Assembly (NCBI GenBank): GCA_964247055.1 | Contig: OZ176054.1 | Coordinates: forward strand, 12,710,001-12,774,000 | Length of the DNA: 64,000 bases | Direction of reading: 5' to 3' | Source: Paragordius varius | Lineage: Eukaryota > Animalia > Nematomorpha | Part shown: in pieces, positions 35,605 to 49,240 of the stretch | How positions within the stretch are numbered: position 1 is the stretch's first letter | How the letters are laid out: each line of letters starts with the position of its first letter | The notes under the pieces: generated by a model | Seen by the model: only the letters and a program-made list of their open reading frames with translations | Database searches by the model: none | What the model was told of the DNA's origin: nothing | Position numbers and translations under genes: made by a program

Positions 35605-37671
35605 TTAATATAACATCATAAATCTTATATATAATTAAACATTTATATATTTAGTCGGACAACTCAATATATTAAGTATATCATTGTATTAATATTTGAA
35701 TTTGATAATAAACTAATTTTTACCATAAATAAAATTAGAATATGTATTAACAAATAATCGCGCACAATTAAACTATTGTTTAAAACACAGATATATCGAT
35801 CACGAGAATCATAATAAAGCAAAATTGGTTAAAAAATTTAAAAGAAGCTGTTTCACAAACCAATTTTTTTAAATTAATCCGCAATCAACTAGAAAAACTT
35901 TTATTTTGAATTCGAATATTACTATCTTCTTATTTATGAAGCATTTAATATATTTATTAATGCGCATTTATATTTCTGATGTGTCCCGCTCTGAATTTTT
36001 TATAATTTCGGCCCACAAAGCCATTGACATATTCTTCCTTAATAAGTCTACAAAACAGTTTTATGCAATTTTACTATATCACATTTAACAACATATATAT
36101 AGTGTGGACCTACAAGAAAACACGTAATTATTTCACAGCTTGTGTTTTATAGAATGTATAAGCTAACTCTATATGATTAATAAATATATATTTTTAAGTA
36201 GTTATCTAAACAATACATTTCAACTATTTTTCAAATTTAAATTTATCGCTTTTATAGATTTTAGCAATATATCTGCATTCTTAAGATTCTAATTTTTTAT
36301 ATAACGATGGGTTATTAAAATTATGCAGACAAAACGTGAAACTATGAAGACAAATATTTTTTCTAAAAAATAACAATACTTTTTAAATCTCGTTTAAAAA
36401 TATAACTCATTATATTATACTTCAAAGTATAATATAAAAATTAAATTGGTATCACAATATATAGTGCGATTGTAATTTAATGTTTATAGGAAATAATATG
36501 GTTGCCTTTTGTAAAAAAAATTGTCTTTATATTTTTACATTTTTTGCGCATGATTTCGATTTTTACTGTATAAAAGATAAAAACAACACAATATAATGTT
36601 TTAGGATAAACAAATAATTTTTTTTCAATAGTTTAAAAACAAGTAATTACTCAATCAAAAATTAACCATAGTTTTGTATCAATTTTATTAATTTTTATGG
36701 CCATATTCCATTAATATTCATTAGCTATACGTGTTATCAATAAAACACTATAATAATTTAAAGATAAACCTATCTCCAAATATCAACTCATTATTTATTA
36801 AAACAAATATTTTAAGGGTTCTCTACCCCGTTTCCTCACCCCTTTGATACGTTGAATAATATTGTTTTTTAATTCCATATTATACTATATTTATATTATA
36901 CAAAAAATTAATTTTAGAGATATTGAAAGCCACTAATCTTCAAAGTAAATATTTAATTTAATTTCATGTAATTTTTTGCATGTGTTTCAATAAATAAGAA
37001 ACTCATTTTTAAGTTTTATAATATATATATATTTGCCGCAAACACAAGCTCATTAAATTAACGAATTCTTCTCACAATACCATTTACTCCTTAAAATCCC
37101 CTTTAACAAATCAAAATCACACTAGAATAAATAATGAGTTAAATATTAAAAAAATAGCTTATTTTTTATTTTTTTAAATCAAGCCCTTTAGGGTGAATTT
37201 GAAATGTTCAGGGGCAATATGAATTGCTCGAGGGTAAATTTGAAATGTTTAAGGGGGAATTCGAGGTGCGAATGCTATGTATAATATTTATAATATTGTT
37301 CTGTTAATATAATAACTAAAAATATTAACGGGTCATAAAAGCGTTCAACAATGATAATATGTATAAGTCATATTTATATTTGATTTAAATTTATTTTATT
37401 ACAATAGTTCAATGTCTCACCCAAATGAATATATCTTCGATTCCAAGTATAGTCCAAGAATTTATAACCTTCAAACTAATAATTTAATTTTACAAATGAA
37501 TATAATGTTTTCTATTACAGATTAAAATTATACAGACAAACTAAAAAACATATATAGACAAAGCACTGTACTTTTTAGGATTAATTTTTTAATTATAAAC
37601 CAATGTTTAAATTGCAAAGTATAAATAAGAGGTATAAATTGGCATTAAATTTTTGGCAAATTAAGGTGTTA

Positions 37672-37925
37672 CAGTAAATATTGAAATTATACGGACAAAT
37701 CGTATTTTTTTCAAAAAACAACCAAACTTTTTTTAATTATTTTTTTCCATATTATGTAGCTACAATTGTATATAGAAGTGATTGTACTATATCTATCTCT
37801 ATTTCATATTTTGAAAATTTAAACAATAAGATTTATTTTAAAAAATTAAGATTTTAAAAAAATGACTGTCTTATAAAATATGTGCCCATAGATTTTTACG
37901 TTCCGTATAATTTTAGTTTTTACTG
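37672..37925. mobile_element. Tc1/mariner-like palindromic MITE (TA|CAGTAAA...ACGGACAAA). Other clear copies at 45582-45862 and 58706-58951, with many fragments elsewhere
   Basis: CAGT...ACTG termini, TA flanks, recurring ACGGACAAAACGTAAAAATAT and CAACCATACTTTTT motifs. Confidence 0.7.
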
Positions 37926-40900
37926 TAAATGTGGTTGTATTTAAATAGTTATATTTCTTTTTATGTTTTACCATTTTGTCTGGATAATTTTCTTTAACTG
38001 TAATCTTTCAAAAATAAAAAAATAAATTTTAGTATTTTCATTTAATGTATTCTAATATTTAGTAAGGACAGCATTGAGCGATTATCAACGATTATACGGT
38101 AAGGAATTCATTAGTCATAATAATGTTAAAATTAATTATCCAACTCCACATATTTTATATTACCCTGATATGCTGTTTAATTTGTATATATTATTTTAGA
38201 TAGCACGAATCAAGGTAATTTCTTTATAAAAAATTGATCAACCGATTAAATATATATTTATGATAATACACATATACTTATCTATTATAGTCAATAACTA
38301 ATTTTATATACCATTTATTTATTTGTTGAGACTGACAATGTAAAAAGGGCCTATAGTGTTGGATTGATATTTTTGCCTTAAGTAGGATTTTATGGGGATC
38401 ACACTGAATTTTGGTTAAAATAAAATTTGATTTTTGAGAGTTGCTGGATATATTTAAATCTTTTTTTAATAATAAACTAGCTATTAAAATAGATTGTGTG
38501 TTTTTAATGTTATATTTGAATTAAAAGACATATATTGACTTAATGGTAAATAAAAAATATTCTATATATGAATTTTCTAACAAAATATCGGGTGGAATTT
38601 TTCACATCATATGTAAAAAAGATTAGCATTTTTCTCCATAAGAAACTAATTTAGTATGTTTGAATAATAAATATTATTTTATAATCTACACCTGCCGCCT
38701 AATAATTATGGTTAAATTTGTTTTTAAATTTTTTCTTTTAATCATGGTTTGGGTATTCCTTATATAATCTCTATCTATTAATTACTTTTTATATTTTATA
38801 ATTTAGTTCACGAGGTGGTGCACATTTTGCTCAGTAATTTATTTTTAATTTTCTGGATTAAATTGGGTGATATGAAATTATATTTTTACCTTATGCTTAA
38901 AAATTAAGATATATATTGACCAATATAAAATGATATTACATGTTGTTGAAGCTATGTCCACCCAATGACTTTTTATTTGAAAATTAAGAGATGATTTTAT
39001 TATTATGTTTAATATAACGAATGCGACTAAAATTTATTAAATACAGTAAAAATTAACAAATTTAACGGACAAGGCGTAAAAATATATATATATTTTTTTT
39101 CTAAAAGACAACACCATACTTCTTAAAAAATTTTTATAAAAAAAGAGTAAAAAATAGGGATATAAATTGGTATAAAATGCATACAGTATATAATTCGCAC
39201 CAATTTGATTTAATATTTTTAAAAAAACTACTTAATAATAGGTCCCGTATGGTTCTATCATCCTAATAAAATTAAATAAATAAGCCGAAATATCTAATAA
39301 AATTTAGTTTGAAATAAAAAAAAACTTTTCATATCATACTACTTCAACGCCATTTGACAACAATTTTGCAAAATATCGTTTTTACTTAATTTCAAAACTA
39401 TTGATCCTAACTTTTTATTTAAATTACATCTTACAGTGATAGAAACAGAAATGGTTTTTTGCATTAAATTTGATTTAACTAATGGCCACATGTCATGATG
39501 AATAATTTTTGACAGAAACTATGGCATATAAAACTTTTATTCATTTATATATTTTAGAAATAAGCACACTAAAAACTTTAGGTAAGTTTGCAAAAATTTT
39601 TAATTCTTTACTAAGCTTGTGTTAAGAAATTTTATACATAATGTTTTTTGTAAACAATGTAGCCCAAAAACATAACAATGTAACACGGGAATGTAATGTT
39701 CATAATGAAGTTAACACAATTATCAACAAACTTTATGAAATATCCTTGTGAATTATTATTATATTATTCAAATATTGAATAAATTATTAAAGCAATTAAT
39801 AATAAATGATAAAGAGATTTGATCAATGTAAAAATGGTGTTTCGTTCAACCTACCAAGTTAATTTTTTGAGTAATTTTTCAACCATTTACATATTTGACC
39901 AATACTCGGCTTCCAATTCTTGTTTGATAATATAGACTCCAGAAATGGTGTGTTATCCATTTATATGTTTCCAATGCTAAAACAACATATAATATTTATT
40001 AAGTAGACTCTGCTATGCGCAACTATAAACTTTATTAATTTACTATTTAAATGAGTTTAAATCCTGCACTTAATAAAATAACTATAAAATTTAGTTGAAA
40101 AGACATCTTTTAAATCATATAATTTAATGCAGACAATACATATTTATGTAGCACGCCCATAAAAATAAATTAGGCTCGTTTTACCAATTGCGCTGATTAA
40201 AAGAGACCATATAATATAGAATTGGAGCAAAAGCAAAACCAAAAAATCTAAGGACAGACTTAAGTCTTCATAAAATTCTTTGCTTCTGTAATTTGCAATT
40301 TAAAAAACAAGAGTACATATATGGATGTATTGCGTAACCTGAGTACCTATGATTGTGATAAAAAAAAAAATATATAAGAAAGCTGGTTGGAAAAGCGAAT
40401 TAAGTTGAATTAAGGCACCTTTTGAATCATGTAATTTAATCATTCAGCATTATAAATTTTTAAATTAATATAAGTGAATATCAGATGGATTAAATCAATT
40501 TGTGCGTTCCGTTTGCAATTAATAATCATATTTTATGCAGACAAAACACAATTTATGTAGCACACCCATAAAAATATATAGGGCTATTCCACCATAATTT
40601 TTAACGTTTGCTTAAAAATTAAGTTAATCATCGACCAGAATAGAAAAAGGTCACACTGTTGAAGCTATTGTAACTTAAGGACTTTTTACATAAAGCGCAA
40701 ATAGCATTCAATTATTTGAAAAATAAGTGATGATCTTCGCATTATAAATGTTTAATATAAATTTTTATTGGCTATGGAAGCGACTCAAATTTATTAATAT
40801 ATAAAAAATTTTGGAATTATACGGACATAACGTAAAAAAACCATACTTTTTAAATCTTTATTTTTAAATATTAATCATTGTTTTAAATTGCAACAAATAA

Positions 40901-41147
40901 GATATGTACATTGGTAACACAATCCATTGTGTATGATAATAATGATTTTTGTAGGATAAATTACGAATCAAAAAAGTATGGAATTTTCCTTTGAAGAATA
41001 AATTTTGTCTTTATATTTTTACGTTTTGTCCGTATAATTTAAATTTTATTAGTTTGGATTATACAAATAATCAATACTTCTATTATGGAAAAGAGAGTGA
41101 ACAAATAAACTCGAAATATAAATGTATTTTTTAATATTTATTTAAAA

Positions 41148-42352
41148 CTAGCGTGAATCTCGTGCTGCTACGCAGCCCGAGGAAGTCCTTAGGACTTCTG
41201 GGGGAGGGGAGAGGGGGGGGGTTCGAAGTTTGGATTTGAATGGGTCTACCGGTTTTCCTGTACCAGATCACAAAGCCAGCATTTTCCATTTTTATAATTA
41301 TATAGATTACCATAAATAATGTTTTAATATCCATATATCTTTTAACATGCTATACATATGATAGATACTCCTTACTCAGCATCTATCATCAAAGAAACGC
41401 TTGACTAAAATTTTTGCCTTTTAACAGGCAATACGAAAAATCTTTCTCGAATTTTAACAGTCTCATACCGTGGGCAAAAAAATACAATCAAAAAAATATT
41501 TTTGTGGACTTTTTTTTGAAAAAAATGGCATTTTACGGGGGGAGCGGGTAAAAAGAGGGCCTAAATCAAAAAAGTGACTCGACTATGTTCATCGCAATCG
41601 AAATTAAGTAAACAAAAATCATATTTGAAATTGAATGGTCCAACACGTTCTCCAAAAAATTGACTTAACCCATTTTTCACACGGGGTGGGCCCAAACTGG
41701 GGACCTAATTCCAAAAAAGGGCGAAGCTATTGTCGGGGCATTTATTAATGATTAAATTTTTTCGATGTTTGGATTTGATTGGGTTCACCGGTTTTCCGGA
41801 AACAGATCACAAAGTTATATGAAAAATCAGTTTTTAGCGGGTAGCTCCTTACCCAGCAGCTATCATCAAATAAACGGTAGACTAAAATTTTTGCCTTTTA
41901 ACAGGGAATACGTGGAATCTTTATTGAATTTTTACGGTCTCATACCTAGGGCGAAAAATCGATTTAAAAAATTATTTTTGTGGACTTTTTGAAAAAGGTG
42001 GCATTTTACGGGGGGAGCGGGTAAAAAGAGGGCCTAAATCAAAAAAAGGGCTCGGCTATGTTCAGCGCAATCGAAAATAAGTAAACAAAAATTATATTTA
42101 AAATTGAATGGTCCAACACGTTCTCCGGAAAATTGTCTCAAAGACACGATTTTTGTGGACTTCTGTTTTCAAAAAAAACCCGTTTTTCATACGGGGTGGG
42201 CCCGAACTGGGGGCCTATTTCAAAAAAAGGACGAAGCTATTGTCGGGACATTTATTAATGATTATATTTTTTCGATATTTGGATTTGGGATCTACCGGTT
42301 TTCCTGTACCAGATCACAAAGCTAGCATTTTCCATTTTTATAAATATATAGA
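41148..42352 (-). mobile_element. Composite non-autonomous Helitron
   Basis: Minus strand starts A|TCTATATATTTATAAAAATGG (42352) and ends with hairpin CTCGGGCTGC-GTA-GCAGCACGAG, 7 nt, then CTAG|T (41148). A second 5' terminus lies at 41306. Two ~0.48-kb internal tandem repeats. Confidence 0.8.
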
Positions 42353-44303
42353 TTAAGCTAAAATGCGTATATGATAAAAATATAAATTTTAATTTTCAAC
42401 TGTTATTGTAAAGTCTTTAAAAAAAGTTTAAATTTTATTTTAATATGGGGTTCATAGCCAATATATGTAAATATTTTTTTGCCATCAATCAATCATATTT
42501 ATATTTTAGTGAGTGTATGGAGAGTGCTAATTGAACTTTTTGTAATTTGTACCAAAACATAAAATAAATATCGATGTCAAAAACTGAACTCAAGTTAATT
42601 ACACATAAGAATAAATATGTAAAAGGGAATGTACTCATTAGTACAAAGTAATTAAAAACATTAATTATTTAAAAAATATGGCTGGTTGTCTTGTAGAATA
42701 TTTTTCTTTTTTTCCCCGTAGTATAATATCGAAAATAGATTATGCTACGGATAGCTTTCAATGTTAAAATATAGCACTGTATATATATTCATTAAGTTGT
42801 TATTTAATTGACGAATTTGAACTCAACTAAGCTTTTTTGCCTAAGGTTCGTTTCCAAAATTGTTTAGTTAAAAAGTTCAAGCTTCAAAAAAATACATCTT
42901 AATAAACTGATGAAAAACCAAATTATGATTTTTACTGGCGATTGTAAAAGGTTAAAACAAAAAAATGGAAATTTATGCTTGATTTCGTACTAAAAAATGA
43001 CTTTTGTAATTATACATTTGTATGTTATTGTAACATTATAGCCTTTTGAAGTAAAAAGGCAAGGCTCGAAAAGTCTATTATAAAATATAATATTGTGCGG
43101 TTTTATTAAATCCTCAAATTTCTAATGATATGATCGACAAAAACAAGAATTGTGTGTGGTCGGAATAATAATAATATGCTTACTTGCTTACCAAGTGGAA
43201 CTTATCATTAACAGAAACAAACTATGTGGTGTAAACCTTTTATTCATTTATATTTTAACAAGTGGCAGACTGAACACCTTAGCTAATTATTTACCATCCG
43301 TATTAAACTAGTCGCATAAAAAAATTTATACCATTTCTAGAGATTTTTAAATATAATAATATTTTTTGTGAACGATTTAGCCTAAAAACATGAGAATGTA
43401 ACACGCAATTGTGGTATTAATCAATTCAACACACTTATCAACACTTAATAAAGTGCCCATGTAAATTTTATAATAATTCTAATATCAAATCTTTTTAATG
43501 TGTATAATAATAGGTGAAATAAGGAGAGATTTAAATATATAGATTGTTTTTTTCGTTCACTGGAATATTAAACAATTAGCAAGTAGGTTATTAGCAAAAT
43601 TATGTTTTAACCATTTAATATCAACTTAACCCACATCTTAGTATAAATAAAAAAAACACCAATATTTTCTTTATATCCATTAATTTATAATAATTTGTCT
43701 GCAAAAATGCAAAACGCGTCCAATTGATAAAAAATTGCCTTTGTCCTGTGTTGGTAAAATCAAGATTTAGGCATATTATATTTTCTCGTTACAGTATTGA
43801 ATTACATTGTCCGGTCAATGTGACATTAAATTAATAAATTTGTTAGAAACTTTAATTTTAGCATTGTTTGAATCTAACTTTATAAAGAATTTTCAATTTC
43901 ATGAAAGAATGAAGACAGATACCTATTAATAGCATCAATGATTAATTTTACAAAAGTGCCCCCTTGTAACTAATTAATTCGTTTACTGTTAAACGTGCAA
44001 AAAAGTCATTTAAAAAATATATATGAACTTTATTATATTTGGGATATGGGACTCTGCAAAAAATTAGAAAAAATAATATAAATACTTTTATATTTACCAA
44101 TTTCATTGGGAATTTGAAAGATTTGAGTTTAAGAATTAACAATTTTACTAAGATTTTTTAAGCATTTTTTTTTTCAAATTATTATGGAAATTCGTATTTA
44201 TTTGATAGTTTCTTATTATTAATGCCTGGGTTTTTATTATATTTTTAAAAAACAATTAGATGCTTGAAAATTATGTGTCCCAAATTTGATAAAAGTCATT
44301 TAA

Positions 44304-44872
44304 CATTCCGATTCAAATTGGGATATCTAAATACCCCAGACTAAATTTGAGTTAGGATTTTCAAAAAACTACTGAAGGAAACGGTCCCAATTTAAATTTA
44401 TGCTTCTATCCTAATAAAAATTATATAAAATGCCAAAATATCTAGATAAAATTTTGTTTTGAAAAAAAGTTCCATGTCAACCTACTTCGACGCCATTTTT
44501 ATTTTGCAAAATTTTTGCAAAATTTTTGCAAAATATAGTCTTCATTAAATTTTAGAGGTAAAATTTAAGCTTATTTCTTATTTAAATTACATTTAGCTTT
44601 GATAGTTTGTATTATTTTCAATTTTACCATTGCACACATGTCACGTGGACTAAATTTTTACCTTTCGGTTTGAGCCTAAAATAAGTATTATCAAGTATTT
44701 TTGAATAAATTTTTTTATATATTTCCGTTTATTAATGTTATATAAGTGCGAAATTTTGCCAAGGTTTCGATTCCTTCCATCTTTTTTAAAGAATTTAATT
44801 TTAAACAAGCCTGGGGTATTAACTACCCCAATTTGAATCGAAGGACTAAAATGAATGTGTTGTATCCAAGTG
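44304..44872. mobile_element. piggyBac-like MITE, well-preserved copy
   Basis: TTAA at 44300-44303 and 44873-44876, with both asymmetric ends present. Confidence 0.85.
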
Positions 44873-47800
44873 TTAAATATAATCACAACGTTTTGCTTTT
44901 TAAATAAATTATTTCATTAGATAAAATGGCAGCCTTATATTAAAAAAACGAGGTATTTAATAGTGCCTTAACCGTAATTAGTAATAATTCTCGGCAGAGG
45001 GTGATATAAATTAATTAAAAAAAATATAAATAGATGATGTTTAATTATCTTTTATAAAACTTTATAGCGATATCATAAAAATAAGCAATATAAAAAAAGT
45101 TTTAAAATATAGAACCTCCCAATTTCTACAATCTTATTTTTAATTTAACAAGAGTAATACCATATTATTTAATTTTTAAGATTACGATTTTAAATTAACA
45201 ACAAACTCCTAATTTTATCAGCCGAAGATAAAGTTGATTTTACTGCTTTGTAAATTAACTAATTCACCAAACTTCAAAAAATAAGCTATTATATAATTTT
45301 ATTAATTTAGTTTATGAAAGTGTTTGTTACTGAAATCGTCATTGCGTTATCTGTAAAAAATCCTATTTAAAAAGGTTTTAAAAATGCGAATTCAGCCTAT
45401 ATAAATCTAAAAAAAATTTTTATTCTTTTATATATTTTTATAAAATTATTCTGAAATATATTCAAAATTTGTATATAACTCATAGTTATTCTGGTTAGAA
45501 AATTAAATTTAAATTATGCATTTTTTATGGTCAAAGCTGGATGGAGAGATAAGGCCGTAGCCCTAATCAAAAAATTAAATACAGTAATAATTGAAATACG
45601 AACAAAACGTAAAAATTATAAAGACTATTTTTGGTCAAAAGACAACCTTACCTTTTTAAACATTAAGATTACTTATATAAAAATTTATCTACCAATGTAA
45701 AATATCAAATTGATGGGGCCTATTTTTCATCTGTATTTGACACATTTTTGATTAAAATATTGACTTATATTGAAAATGATCAAGATTCGAAAAGTAGGGC
45801 TGTCTATTGAAAAAATATTTGTCTGTATATTTTTACGTTTTGTCCGTAGACAATTTTTACTGTAAAATGCTGTTATTTTTATATAATTTATGGTATATTC
45901 ACGATATTTTTGGTACGATGCATTTACCTTTCAAAAAATTATATTTACCACAATGTGCGCAAATTTTACAATGTTTAATATTAATCACGACAAAAGTTAA
46001 ATTTTGCATTCAAATCCTAAGAGGGTATTATAAAAATCCTAATAAAATATATAAACTCTGATAAAATTTTCACTAAAATGTATCACCTATATAAAAAAAT
46101 AACATTTTCATAAAATTTTAACTTTTAGGTGGGGGCTTCGAAAGTAAAATTTCACCCTTCTAAAATGGGCTTCTAATAAAATAGACTAAATGCTCTTATT
46201 GCGCAATAAAAATTTTAAATATAAGACATTAATGCTATTCTCCGTAAAATATATATTTTTCCAGAAATCTAATTTATAGCAAAATTTGTTCGAACGCACT
46301 TTAATTTTGAAGCATGTGGAAACGGTATACAACTTTATTATATCCATATATTCTATCTTTCTATACATTTATATTTTGTTGGAGCTATAATTTAGAGGTT
46401 CATTTAATTTCATATTCAGATAAATATTTCTAAATATTATTTATAGTAATTTTTAGGCTAACGACAATTTTAATCAAAATACTGATGTGATAAAAATGTT
46501 CAGCATCATCCAGGAACTTTTTTTATAATATTTTGAATCATATGGTAAAATTTGTATAATTAATACAGAAATAATGATAATTATGGGATAAAAAAAATTT
46601 CATACCAATATTGAGCTATATTTGACCATAACATGTCTAAAAGTGAAATTAAAATATTCAAGGGTAAATTATAGGTTGAAACGGTATATTACATTGTGTT
46701 TGTAATCCTAAGAAAATCCAAAGATATAAGTATACATGTTTCATCATAAATATATAATATATCAATGTTATATATTACAGAGCTATGCCTGTAAGGATAT
46801 CCATTTTAATTTATAATCATGCTTTGAACAGAAAAATAAATATTGATTGTTAAGGATAAAAAAATGTTCGTATTTGGTTATTAACCCGACCAACTAATTA
46901 GTTATTTTTGCCAGCTCTTAAAGCCTTGTATAACTTTGTACTTACATATTGAAATTGTTTTTTGTAATGGTTTAATATGTTTATATTAGTAATTTTATTA
47001 TGTTTAATTTTATATTGATCTTATTAATACCTATCGTATTGGTGCATAATCAAAAAATTGGTATTTTTAACTATAACACCCATAGATATATGTGATCAAA
47101 ACACTCTAAAGGAACCAATTAATTTGAGAAACATATTTCCCGAATCATGGTAATAATAATTTTCGTGCCTTAAAAAATATTTTGCAAAAGATATTGCGAT
47201 GAATTAGAATATCATTATATTTTACACAGAATAACTAAGCTACCAATATCTATTTTACAGTCAAAATTATAGATAAATAATTTTTGAAATATAATATGTT
47301 TTTTTAAATAAAGTAAGAAATCGAGATAGGTATTAATAACACAATCAACTATGTTTCTACAATTGTAACTAAATAATTTATATCGGAAAAATTTGGGTTT
47401 AAAAAGAAAAGGTATGCTTGTCTTTTGAAAAAAAAATATTTGTGCTTACATTTTTATGTTTACTGTCTGTTAAAATACCTAGGTCAAACAGATTATCAAA
47501 CGATACTTATTTCTTAAACCGAATTGGGAGCGCAGTTGTGTGGACTATCCCTATGCATGCCCAATACTATAATTTTTCGAAAATATTTAAATATCATGTT
47601 CGGATGCCTTATGAATTATATTTAAGGATAATTGAAGATCACATTGGTCCTGATGTACATTATATAAATTTTTGTTAATTATTATACAGGCTAGTGACAC
47701 CATTATATATCAAAAAAACTATATACTACTTTTATGCAATTGTTCCGCATAAAAAAATCTCTAAGCCTTAATTTTTTATAATCCACTTTTTGAGGGCCCA

Positions 47801-49240
47801 AAATGAAACAGAACTTGATGTGAGCATAATCGAAAATGAGTAATAAGAGTTTAAAACGCGAAAAAAAACACGTGAGGTTTCTATTATTTTAATAAGAAGC
47901 CAAAAAAATGCTATTAGTTAGTTTCAAAACAAGTAATTTTTCAATAAATCATATGGAAACCATTTATTTTGGAAGTGGAGCTTGAAGCAGAGCTGGTTCT
48001 ATGGTCGGCCTATTTAAATTACCGAACGGGTTTGTCGGTTTCTGTTAATATCTCAATAACGGATATCGGTTCTATCTAATTTCGTTTAGAAACATGATAA
48101 AAATGTAAACAAACCTTTTTTATATATCTGGCTGTCCCAATTATTTTATTGATGTAAATTAAATTTTGCCACAACAAAACACGATATTTTTTAAAAAAAC
48201 TTAAAATTTTGGTGAAAACGATTTTTCCAATAAAATTTATTGATTTTTATTGAGATGAAAGCTTAACATTTAATGTACACCGCCCGCTTTGATATTTTTT
48301 GAATCTTATTACATAAATAAACAGTTACCTTAATTTAAATAAAGTGCTAATGATGCGATTATCTATGGTGACTATATTAACATTTTAATAAAATATTTAC
48401 TTTTATATTGATTATCGAAGCTTATTATTTTCCGACTTGCCATTTGCAAAAATATTTTTGCTTTTAAATAAACTTTTAAGTATATTTTTTTTTCTTAAAA
48501 TGTTTAAGTTACAACTATTAACAATTCGTCCCTAGAAAATAAAAACGAGAATCAATATTTTTTTTATTATATTTTATTTTACTAGTTAATTCTTGACGTC
48601 TGGGGTCCCAAATATTTAGTGAGCAAAATCTGTGGTTCAAATAATTTTTCAAATCATGCCTTTTCGGGTCTCCCAGAAGAAACGTGCTTTAATGCACAGA
48701 GTATATATGAAACTTCTGTGGATTCTTCAAAAGACTTTTTCTGGGTAATAATTAACATTTTGGTTAAAATATATTCAAAAACTTATACATTTACGTGATA
48801 AGAACGAACATTAAAAGGCAAAAGAATATCTAATATAATTTGACTATGATTAATGATCTAGCCAATTTTAAGTTTCATCCTTTGACCTAAATAATTAACG
48901 AAACTCACTAAAGTTTTAAGCCATTTTCCTTATCTTCGTATAACGTTAAGTTCTTTTATAAAAATGACAAATTTTACTATATATACAACCATAGTTATAA
49001 ACTTTTACCATAGAAACAGCCATAATTTTTATAAACTTTATATCGCTTGTACACAGATTTTGTGATAACAATGTGAATACATTATTAGGTTTTTAACCAA
49101 TAGCAGATAATTATTAATTACAAAAGATATAGTTATATTTTTCAGGAATAATATTATTTGATCTAACGTTTTGCCTTTCATTCAACTCAAAACGATAGTT
49201 TACATTAAAATTTATGGATTAAAAAAGTATGATTGGATTA

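Noticed and set aside
39880-39980. Isolated coding-like patches (also ~38050, 47500-47680, 47970-48070, 52950-53500, 57700-57770)
   Set aside because: Short open frames only. No phase-consistent exon chain or recognisable homology could be built by eye.
48578-48640. ACTAGT next to a GC patch as another Helitron 3' end
   Set aside because: No convincing subterminal hairpin or matching TC 5' end.
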